64,000 nt of DNA. Origin: Pavona decussata (lineage: Eukaryota). The translations under genes and the position numbers were made by a program. The stretch covers positions 1,364,001 to 1,428,000 of the forward strand of contig CDRNST010000082.1 in NCBI GenBank assembly GCA_977016875.1, given 5' to 3'. This document shows, piece after piece, positions 12,043-24,000 of the stretch (its first letter is position 1; the number at the start of each line of letters is the position of its first letter). Below the pieces are notes generated by a model, which saw nothing but the letters and a program-made list of their open reading frames with translations, did not search any database and was not told the origin of the DNA.

Positions 12043-15000
12043 TTTATTAACGTGTCAAGAAATGTAGCTGAGGGAAGAAGTCCCCTCTACTAATAGTGGA
12101 CACCTAACTAAATTCTAGACTAGTAGACTAATTGGGGACAATAGTAATAAAGAATAAATAAGTGGATGAACACATAACAATAAACGTTAACTTTAGATAT
12201 AATATAGATATATGTACAGTGTTAAAAATATTTATATAACAAACAAAGGTGACAGCAATTTATGGGCCTTTTAGAAATACCCTCATCAATGTATAGATCT
12301 AAAACATCAGAAAATTTGTCTTAATTAAAATTTCAGCATGCCGAGAGAGCGCGATAAGCTAGCTATATTTCCTTTGTTAGTTCACTACGTAAATTAAACG
12401 AAAGATATTACTTTAAAACATCATGTTCTGCCTAACCTCAGGAAGATAAATACCGGGAAAACACATCAAAGTGGTCTTCCAACATGGCGGACGGTAATTT
12501 AAGGGTCACGTGATAGTGCACGAACTATAGAAACTCGTTAAAAACATTCTCTAAAAATCAAATGAGCCATTACAAACTTAGCTTAGTTACCTTTGAGATC
12601 AATGATCTTCTTTATTATCTCTTTGCCGTTTGATTTTTCCTCGGCGGCCTTTGATCTTAGTTCAAGTTTCAAAGCATCTTTCTTAAAATTTAGTTCTTGA
12701 AAATGAGGTTTTTTGTTTCCTAAATGAAGGCAAAGTCAAATGAGAAAGTCATTAGAAAGAACCACGTGACAAACAGGTTATTGCAACCAGCCTCTTCTCG
12801 AGCCATCTTTGTAGACCGGGAGAATGTGACGTCACCTGTTGAGCTAATTGGGGAGACATAGCCAGGACGTCATCGACTTCAGTACCAAGACCCAGATAGG
12901 CAACTCGGCTTGCTCGATAAGCGCAATAAGGTCTGGTAACGAGGAAGTATCGCAATGACTCCTTGTACAATAACCATAAGTTAATTTTAAGTTAAAAGTT
13001 ACTCCACTCGGCAGTTTGTAAAATCTTTGAAAATTCGAGTGATATTATCTATTTAATTCTGCCACATGTGACGACCTATAGAACGCAAAACATTTCAAGA
13101 ATTAAAAAAGGCCAAGAAGAGAAAGATCATCTGGAGACAACGTCCTGATATCTTCTGAGACCTGTGACCCAAAGAATTGTGGGATATAGCCAGTAGATTG
13201 GCGGAGTTGGACTATTCATATCAATGATGTTTGGAGAAAATATGTCAGGCAATGAGAAAGTTAACATTTGATGGTCTTTTTTTTTCGTGACTGTTACATA
13301 TGAATGAGTATTCGCTAAGTTTTTAACAGCATGATAGAATGATATTCTTATTAATTATTGGTTATACCTCGGTGTTTTGAGGTACAATCATGGCACAACT
13401 CACCACATTTCCCGGCCTTTTTTATTTCTTGTCAATTTAATTTTAATTACCAATTTTATCTAGCACATACATTTAGCCTCTGTTTTCTTATTAAGATTAC
13501 TATTACCTTTCTTTGAGTGAACGAATACATTTACTCCTTTGCAGACCTTTTCCACGGCCCGCCTTTGGTTAAACGTCCACATAGGCTTTGGAAATTCTGT
13601 GAACAACTGACGGTAGTTGAATGCTAGGGCTGTTGCTAGGATACTGCCAGTCACGTGAGCATAAGGCAACTCACTCATGGAGTAATGGTCACCAGGACAA
13701 ACAAGCACTGTTGTTCCTCCATCAACTAACTGATCCCATGCCTCCTCGGCGCTCCTTGATGAGGGAAGCGTGGGTGAGAAGCGCGCGTTTTGACATTTAA
13801 GGTAGATAAGTGGACCTCGGTAACGAATCTACAAATAAAAATTGTTTAGAACGTTGCACTAGAGAAATTTTACCTGTTGGAGGGGCAGTTTTTTCGTAGG
13901 GAGGGCACTGCATAAACTAGACAAAACAGCAACAGTGATTTCTATTAACTTTGCAAGAAACACTTGAACAAACAAGACCGAGTTGTAGAGTGATCTATCA
14001 GGATCAGCAATGAAGTAATAAAACAACTTCCAACATGCAAGGCATAACTTTGTCCAATGTTCGTTCAAACAAAAGTAAGCTTTGTCAGAGGCAAGACAAG
14101 CTAAGTGAAAATGGAAAGAAACGTTACAGTGTTTAAAGCAAGGTAAAGTTGTGTGCTGCATGATCAGAATTATAACGCAAACAAACAAAACAGAAACTAT
14201 AAACTATAATATGAAAACAGTAAATCTGGAGACAGTTTAAGTTAGCAAAGTGGTCTGATACGACAGTGGTTTACTCAAGAAATTACAACCACTCGCGGAA
14301 AGCCAAGTCTTATCCGCACATGGCCAAAAGAAGGATTAAAGTGATCAAACGTCTTGGATATGGTCACGAGAGTAACAACTACATCAGCTTCATCACGTCT
14401 TTTTCCAATACAACTAAGGAAAGTTGTCAAAACTCCTATACTTGAACACGACCCACCAAACGAACAAAGCGATAAAAATTTGTCGGCAATTTCATGAGGT
14501 AGGTGATGTCTTCCATAACCCCCCTACCCTAGACAAGGTGGGCCTACTTCAATTAAACTTCCCTAAATGAAATTTACTGCTACGTTATTATGATCTCTAC
14601 CTCTGGGGGCTGCCACTCTAGGTGGGTCCTACCGGCGACACTTTGGTCCCTAAGAAGAGATTCTCTTAGAGCGTTTAAATTGTAGCCAGGGAGCCCCTTC
14701 TCAAGGCTCTTTTTCTGTAGCTCATTTATAATCCACTCTTGATCGTGTTGCTCTCTTAGCTGTTGGTATTCTTCAGCTCCAATCTCCAGTGAATCTACTG
14801 CCATCTTTGTCAAAAAATTTTCAAATTGCATCTGCAAAAAACAGCTCTGATTTAATAATTTATTTATAACTTAGATCAGCCACTAAGTCAACTGGTTACC
14901 TTAATGGTTCGATTTCGCGCCCCTTATTTACCTTACACTCGAATTCCAACAAGCGCCGCTATACTGGTAAAGGCGTGACTTGCGCAAGACCCTTTTTCGC

Positions 15001-18000
15001 ATAATTGCCCTTACAACATAGTCAGATTAAACCTATTCACTCTGCAATCGTATTGTACAGTTTCCATTCGAATTGTGCTCGCTTAATTTTCATGAATAAT
15101 CAACGCATTGTAAAACTGTCTAAATGTGGTCATGGTACGCTCCGTATTCGTCATATCTACACAAAAGACATTCTACGATAAACGTTATGTCATGTGAAGG
15201 GGAGAAGATTGTTACAAATAAATACCATCTCCATCTTTTCTACAAATTAAACTTAGCTTTGCTATCAATATGTTGAATAGCAGAACAAGTATCCTCTTCG
15301 ATCTTGTGGAAAATGGTCTGATTTTTATCCAAGTGAAGCGATTTCGAAAGATAATTTTTAATTGTTGTTCACTTGGTGTATTTACACTCCTAAATGTTTA
15401 TGTCTAAAAGAAATGAGCCCCTGTCTCCGATAGGCACGCTATTGTTACGTCTCGCAACTCACATTGCAAACGGTGTAAAGTCACCTACGTCGGCGAAACA
15501 ACAGCTCCTGTAACTCATGAGGTGTGGAGCACATAGCGGGTACAAGATGAGACAACGATATCCACCAGGAATATTTTGACATATATTTAAAAACCCTGAA
15601 CAGTAGATAGAAATGCCTTATTTAAGCATAACATTCCCTTGAAAAATTCAATTAACGAACAAGCATCCCTGGGGACAGAAAGGCAATAAACACCTATGTC
15701 AGGTAGGCAATAAGCACTTATGTCAGACAGGCAATAAACACTTATGTCAAGCAGGCATTAAACACTTATTTCGGGCGGGCAATAAACACCTATGTCAACC
15801 AGGCCGTAAACGCCTATGAGGGTAAATTTTGCAAACCTCAGCATTCTGACGTAAATTCCCATACTCCTGTGCTGAGAAGGAAGCCAGCCTACTGCTGATA
15901 GATTGGGAATGCGGAAGCCACCGGAATGTGTCAATCATTGCCACTAACTCCACCCTTTGCTTCCGTTCCGTCAACAAGGAAGCCATTTCGTACGCGAGCA
16001 ACCCTCCGTACGAGTATCCACCGAGAAAGTATGGTCCATGGCGCTGCTCCTTGCGGATTAGTTTCACGTAATGTGTAGCAAGTTCACGAACTCCACCCCA
16101 GTCCTCACTCACTGCCGTTGGGTCGGTAAAGCCAAGTGCGTAGAAAGACACTAGATCCTACAAGTAAAGAAGAAATCAACTAAGTTAATTACTTGTAAAG
16201 TTATCAATTTCACAACCCGATATGAAATAACTGTAATTCCACGTTCGGTATGATTGGGTTATTACATTTCATGACATGGAATATGTGTTAAACACTTTAA
16301 AGTGTGTAAGAAATTCTAATCACACTCTCCTACTCTTATTTTACTCTAAACCGACAGGTTCGGTAAAACACTGAATTCAGCAGCAATCAACCTCATATGT
16401 TGGGCTATTACCTGGCCTTGAAATCCGGTGGATATAGGCACCAAGCTCATAGCATAGCGGTGTGATGGATGGACACAGAAGAACTTTATAGCTGAACCCT
16501 CGGGAGTGTAGAGCGGTATAACTTCTATCTGGCTTCCAGGCCCAGATGTATGCTTACTGGCCTCTGTGTGCGCATGCTCAAGTTCCAAGTTGTCACCATT
16601 TCCACGCTGCTCATTAGGCGACTGGCAATCGCTACCTCGTTTACTCAGAGAGGCAGCGATGTCTCTCGCGAGTTTCAATGGAGTGGTATCAGGTTGCATG
16701 AAGTAGAAAACCTGCAGCAACACATTTTTTGATCAGCTCAGATTACACAAAGTGTTTCAAATGTTCGTGCTCTCTGTCTACAAACGCAGGCGCTTCTCTT
16801 AATTAAAACTTGCCAAACCTCAATCCAGCAGAAAATCTCTGGAACATTATTAACAAGATTACATACACGGATTCAGTACCGAAACAATGGGGGAATTAAT
16901 TTGAATTCCTCTGTTGTCGAAAGTTTTCCCGAGGACAGTTCTACAGAAAATCAGTTTTGTCTCTTTCTGTGTGATTGATTCTGTTGTTTATCTTCGCCAC
17001 GTGTATTAATATGACGGACTCAGGCAATACTTACCTCAAAAGAGACTTGCAACGCTTTTTCAATGTTTGTTTTCATATTCACTGCAGCAGAGGAGTCCAC
17101 TCCGTAGCTGTACAAGCTCTTGTTTAGATCTGTCTCAGAAGGTGATGAAATTCCTGTCCATTCTGTTATTGCTACGCGAACATACTCGTTGACTAGCTCA
17201 GCTCTCTTTTTTTTATCCTTCTCCAGAATGATTCTTTGCGCCAGCGACTCTGTTGAGCTGATTGGATTGTCAAGAGTATTGATTTCCGCGGCGATGATGG
17301 ACAATCGAGGTGTTTTTCCCACACCTGGATTATTCTTTAGGTATCGCGGCCAATCTGCATCAAACAGAGCGATTTGACAACGATCTGGCTCCTCAGTTAG
17401 TACTTTGGCCATATATTTGGCCCCTGTAAGAAAAAAATCACAGGAAACAGGAACTATTACGGTCCCACTTTTACTAAACTCAATTACGCTATTGGCTCTC
17501 CTTTACAGCCCAACTCAAATACAATTGAAAAAAAAACTTTAAATATCTAACCGTACATAGTTAATCGATGGTCAATGAAACCAGTGAGTAATCAGCTGGT
17601 TAGTCAATGAATATTGCAGATAATCAATTATTAATTGATGACTAGTTAGGACAATAATTTTGTGGTCTGTTGATTATTCTTCGATGTGATTGATTAGTGA
17701 TGGATGTTATTTCAAATTTCTCATCGATTACCTATTGGTAATATTGTTGTCTAAAATGTCCAAGTACCCTTCACAACAGGAACAGAGGAACTTGGAGAAT
17801 TTTCGAAACTGAACAACCTAGATACCAGAGCATGAAGATTTGGTTGAGAGAAGTCAGCTAACCTCAACCGACGTCAGTAGGGTTATACCAATAATGTGTG
17901 TTGTTAATTCTACTTAACTAATTGTTCATGAACCGCGCAATTTTTTTCCGAAATCAATATAAAATGAGGTAAAATAATGTGATTTGTAGCCACGTGATGA

Positions 18001-21000
18001 CATCGATGAATGTACCCAAAGAATGAATTATCAATAATATCAACGACTAAGTCATTGATTATTACTCTTCGGTTATCGGTAATAATCAATTACTAATCAA
18101 CTGTTAACCCGTGGAATACTTATCATCGACTAGTTATCAGTCAGTGATGTTGTCTATTGGTTATATATACGCCTGGATCTAAGAAGCTATCAGCAGCCCA
18201 CCTTTAATGTCAAAGTTTAGAATGCGTTCGGTCTTTTTATCATTTGAATACACCAGCTACGCTGTTTTGCTGAGCTGGGTCTTCGCAATGCAGGACACAT
18301 CTGCAATTCTCGTGACTCAGTTCGATTGAAACAGAAATTCAGCAAAGTAAAACTGAAGTTAGTGTGGCAGGTACTCATTCCCACCATCGCACATTTTAAG
18401 TATTTTGCTTCTTATACGCAAAAGAAAAATGAAAGTTGGCGAAAAGCCCAAAAAGGAGGTGTAGAAAGGCTAATTTTAATTAAGAGTAGGGTAAAGAGGA
18501 TGTATTTGAAATTCTTATGTGTTACCTTTTTCTTTTTTTCAGTAAAGAGATCTAGCTTACCTTCTTTGGCATGTATAAAGCCCAATCCTGCCAAGGTCAT
18601 CAATTTAGCAATGCGAGTCTCTCTTTCCATCACACCAGCTCCACTGATTGCTCCCCAGTTAATTGCAAGACCCGGCAGACCGAGCACTTGTCTGCGGTAC
18701 TGGGCAAGAGAATCTTGGAAAGCGTTGCAGGCGCAGTATGACGATAGTCCCGGCGCACCCAAGAGCGCAACCATGGAGGAAAACATGACGAAGAAATCCA
18801 GATCCATTTCTAAACTCATTTGATGCAGCAAAAAAGATCCTAAAGGAAAAAAAATTAAGCTCTTTAGTAATACCTATTCATTGAGTAATGATTACTAAAG
18901 TGGTAACAGAGACTATTATACCAGGGGAAGAGCATTCGCGAACGAGCAACAGTGAAGGGTGTGCGACTTTCTCAGTTCAGTTTTGGCAAACTTTACTTCC
19001 CAAGGGTTTCAATGACCTCTAGCTTTTACTTCTTTGATCGAGAACAATTTTAAGATGTCACTCACAGATTCGACTCCCAGCTAATGGGAGAACTCGGATT
19101 TCCCTTTTCTTTTTCTTCGAATATGCCTGTACTGTCACCGGCTGACTAAACAATACATATCACTCACATTTATTTACCAGGGTGAAAAAATACCATCACA
19201 ATTTTTTTCATTGCGCATATGCCACACATCGACATTCAAATCCTAGCAGTATGCCAGATATTTATCACGTGAACCTAGTTTAATGGCCTTAGCTCACACT
19301 AGTCTCCTGTTGCTCAGTGGCAGAGCTTCCGACCTGGTAATCGGAAGGTCATACGTTCGATTCCTATTTTCCTTTTTCCGAATGTGCCTGTGTCACTAGC
19401 TGAAAAAAGTAAAAATAGCTCTCAAAGCTTGAAAATTAATCGTAAATATCGAGTTTTGTTTGCAAATTTCACGCCACTTAGAGGATTGTTCCAAGCGAGT
19501 TTGTCACGCAACTTGAAATGGCCATACGACATACAAGCACGCAAAAACAATTTTACCTTTGATTTTGGGACCCATGACATCACTGAAACTCTCAAATGTC
19601 AGATCTTGGATGAACTCGTCTCTAAGGACCATAGCAGTGTTTACGATGCCCGCGACACTTGGAAGAGTTTGAAGCTGCTTCTTGAAAGATGACATTTGCT
19701 CCTGGTTGGATATGTCAACCTGAAAAAGGAGATACGATTTCTCGTTTTATTATTATTTTTTTATTTTTTTTTTTTTTACCAAAACGAATTCCAGCTCTGC
19801 AAGCAGGGAAAAATCGCAAAGTAAACCGCAGTTGGTGAGCCAGGGACGAACTTCAAATGGTGAACATAATTAACGCAGAACAGTTGTTCAATTGTTCAAT
19901 CGTCTTGTTGAGAACGTCATCAAAAAGGGTGAGCTCAGGCTGTTAGTCTTTTTTCTTAATGTAAGGAACCTCTTCTTTACGACCCTTCTTTCTCTGCCAA
20001 ATCACTTCGCGTTTCGCTCTGTTCATAGCGATACGATTTGCTCCACAATGCTCCACCGTCTCCGACCTCTTTAAAACTCACATACATAAGTGCTGAGGTG
20101 ATGAAGTCTGGGCGGTAACCTGATATTTGATACCGTAGCATCTCGCGTAACCGCTGCCTCACACGCTACGGAATTTGAAAGGAGATAGACGGCGGTCTAA
20201 ATAACAAATAGCCGGATAGATACACTTTACCTACCTGAAAAGTATGAATTTTAGTTCCAGTCCTCTTCTCAATCAGCCACAGCTCCTGGCGTTTGGCATC
20301 TGAAGGTTTGGAGCGGCTAAGAAGGCCTATGGTCTTTGCTCCATTGTCTGCCATCCAGCAAGCAACTTCAAATCCAAATCCTCCCAATCCACCTGCTACC
20401 AAGTAAGTCCTGTTGTCTTTCAGGCCACATTCATCAAGCCCTTGCCGAAGCACTGCAATGTCCTGAAGATGACTTTCTTCGTCAAATGTTGCAAGCGATT
20501 TAATTGATAATGAAAGGTCTGAATATTCTTCCACTTCGTGTCTTCGAGATGCTTTTCTGTCCGTTAACCCATTGGCAGCTCTGATTGATGATACTAAGTC
20601 GGCAGACTCAATTTTCATTTCCAGTAGCTGTTTAAGAACGCCTTTACCTTCCATCATTTCGAGACTCTCCAAAGTGAGTTTCGCGAATGCTAACGGAACC
20701 AGAAGAATGTCTGATATGTCATTTCTCAGGTATTCAACATTCTTGTTTGCCGGAAAAACAACGTCACCATAAAACTGAGCACTCAAAACAATAACTCTTC
20801 CTCCTTTCTTGAGGCTATGACCACTTCTATTGAGCGCATTTGGAGATGGTGGTGAGAAAAATATCACGGCATCAAACGGGTCTATGGAGTCATCCTTAAG
20901 AAGAGGGGATGACTGTCGCTTCACACTCTCCGCACCCAAACTGAAGAGAAGAGTTTTCGTGGATGTTTTGCAGGTGTCGGAAATAGTGCAAGATACCCGG

Positions 21001-24000
21001 TGACCCAATGTTTTTCCGAGGACTATTGCTGCAGGCCCAGGCCCAAGGTTAGCTTCATGTATCAGCAGTTTCTGATTTTGTGCACCCGATGTTGCTCTTT
21101 GAAGACCATACAAGGCTATGGACAGGCATGCAGGGATGCATGTGGCTTGTTCCTTTGTCAGACTGGCTGGCTTTAAAAATGCGTTCTTCGCGTCTATGGG
21201 AATGGAACGTCCAACACGTCCAGATTGAATAACACCACACACTTCGTCTCCAATCCGTAAATTATGCTGGCTCTTTTCGGGTAGATGAGTCACGTTTCCA
21301 GATACAAAGACACATCCGTTTGGTTTGGATAATTCATGCAGGGATTCTGAAAGGTTCCAGCAATAGTGGACATCTATCAAGACCTCCGAGTGTGATGGCC
21401 TTGAACAACTCCGTTCGCGCAGACACAGTGTTCTTGATGATGGTATAGTTGACAGGTAAAGTGATCCAATTTTCTTGTGGCCATCTTTGACTGTTAATGC
21501 AGATTTCTTCTGGTGTGGAGTGGACCTCAAAAGGCGATTTGTGAATCGTTTTCCACCTTGAAAGGCCACCTCGTCCTCAATGCTGTCACATAGGATCTCA
21601 CTAACCAAGGAATCTAATTCCTGTTGATCCTCTTTATTGCACAGATCAACAGCTGTAACCCTAATATTGAATAGTTCATGGTCTGTGGTTCGCCTTAGTC
21701 CCCACGCTGTAGACCCCCAGGGAAAGGATGTCATCTTGAGAGAATTTCCATAGTCATGCAACAGCTGTGTACACTCAGTAACGAGGAAAAGACGAGAATC
21801 GATTGACTTTTTTTCCACTAACTGCCTCAGCAGGAAGGCGGAACTTCTGAAGACAAGGTGTTGTGCTTTTTCAATAACTTCGAATTTGTCCGGAAGAAGT
21901 GAAGCTTCCAGAGGCCAAAGGTTGATAACCCTCAATTTGGATAAATTGTGCATTGGTACGTCTGAAAGGACTGCTAGTATTGCGTTCTCGGCATCTTCGT
22001 TAAAACAGCTACCATCTGGTGGATTAACGGTGATGACATTGACTTCCGCGGAATGAAGTCTTGCGACTAAATTGTCCGAGAAGCTGGATGAGTCTTGCAG
22101 TACTATACAAGTCAGATGTGTGGTGCTTTCACGTTGGCCCTTCAACTCTTCTTCCTTCCAACGGACTTCATATGCAAGTTCATCAAAGGCAAGTTGTCGC
22201 CGCGCTGAGCTTGTTAACTCTGAAACTCGAAAGTCATTCATTGTCAGCAAAACGCTGCCGGATGAACTCATGAGTGTGACGTCAAATCTTCCAAACTCAG
22301 TCGCATCTGAGACGACGTGGCAGTACAACTGACTGGTCGTTGGCACATCATACAGGATAATGCTTTTGAAACCAATGGGCACAATGGGTTTGTCAACAGT
22401 TAAGAAGCTAGCCAAGGGAACGAAACAAGATTGAAGACAGGCGTCTAATATGGATGGATGGACAATGTAACTTACAGTTTCTTCTTTAATGGTGTCTGAC
22501 TCACTGATGTCAACTAGGCAAAGTCCCTCGTTATTACGTTTCCATATCGCTTTGATGATGGAGAACGTAGGTCCGTACTTGAACCCACACTTCTCTGTTA
22601 TTTCTTTGAACTGTTCCATCGGCATTTTTGTCATGGATGTTATGAGCTCATTTACAACTGGGCCGACTTCAGTGGAAGCTAAAAATACAGAAAAGCAGTA
22701 ATTACTTACATTTTAAGGTTTATGTTATTATTATGTCACAATCTCGTAAAAAAGATTCCAACTGGTTATTTGCAAGTACGTCTCAGAGTATTACGTTGAA
22801 TTGTTTTAGAGGAGTGCGTGCCTTAGATATCATACCATCAAAACTTTTTAGCACTTTTCAATAGCTATACAAGAATTTTAGAAATAAAAAGCGATACAAT
22901 ACATTTCAACAAGTTGAGGAAGGCGTCCTATGTTTTCTTATCGGAAATTGCTTTATAATATCTCCTCTAAAGTTTAAAATTTGAATAAAACTAGTCTTAA
23001 CAGATTTTAAGTGATAAATATTTTTTCGTTTACAGTAAACGTTTTTATGTTATCTTATCTAGATTAGAACGTTTTGTCTAGTTCATTAGTTTAATCAATT
23101 TTGAAGTTTAATTAATAAGTCATGATCCGCAAACGTGAGCGATTATTATCCATTCATTTTCTTAACTTCTATCTAAATTACAGAGAATTATTTTTTCATG
23201 ACACCGAAGTAAAAACTTAATTTTTAATTTCCCTCTTCCTGTACTTAAATCTTAAAATTTTACAGGAAGGGCCAGTTGCAACGATTTTAGATAGGAGTAC
23301 CAGCCTATCGTGGCCATTCAAGAGAATTCGCCACTTCTATATTTCAGCCGAACGCCTTCATTCATAATGACTGAAAATGAACAATAGGGAAGTTCCAATG
23401 AGACAGTACCTTCCTTCCTGAAATTTTCGTGTTTCTGCAAAAGATCCACAAAAATACTTCCAGTGCTTAGTTTCAACTCAGAATTGTCATCCTGTACACT
23501 TGTAATTTGAAACTGGGCCTTGTCAATGCTGTCCGACTTCAGAAGACGCAGTCGTAAAGACCGCACCTGAAATACCAGTGGACCAATAAAAATAAATTAG
23601 CCAAAAAGCAACCCTGTAAACACATTCCAGAAGAAGGAACAAAGGGTTTATACTCAAAGCCTATATATGTCGGTTCTGACGTGGAAGTGATTCAACAATA
23701 AAGCAACATATGAAAGAGGAGTAAAAACCTATATAATAAAGAGTAAGGACGCTTCTTTCCTGCTCTAAAGGCTACTCGGGCATACTAAAATGAACAAACC
23801 GCCCTAATTGATTATTGAGCAAACTGTGTACTGAACATTATTTACCTTTGTTTCGGGCAGTGTCAAAAGGCTCAACAGTTTCACATCACTTAGTTCTAGG
23901 CCGGCAACGTCCACGAACTTGTCCCTCACCATCGCAAAGGCCATTTCTAGGTACGCAGCTCCTGCCATCACGGCACCACCTTGAATAAGAGCATGATCCT

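Noticed and set aside
15681-15820. CRISPR-like array
   Set aside because: The units are contiguous with no unique spacers, there are no cas genes, and it lies in a eukaryotic intron.
19303-19366. Functional tRNA-Thr gene
   Set aside because: 8-nt anticodon loop, no paired acceptor stem, and a flanking repeated tail indicate a SINE-like derivative.
21460-22200. Active C-methyltransferase between DH and ER
   Set aside because: No SAM-binding ExGxGxG motif. The region resembles the structural pseudo-KR subdomain (WGLRRT..TAVDL).
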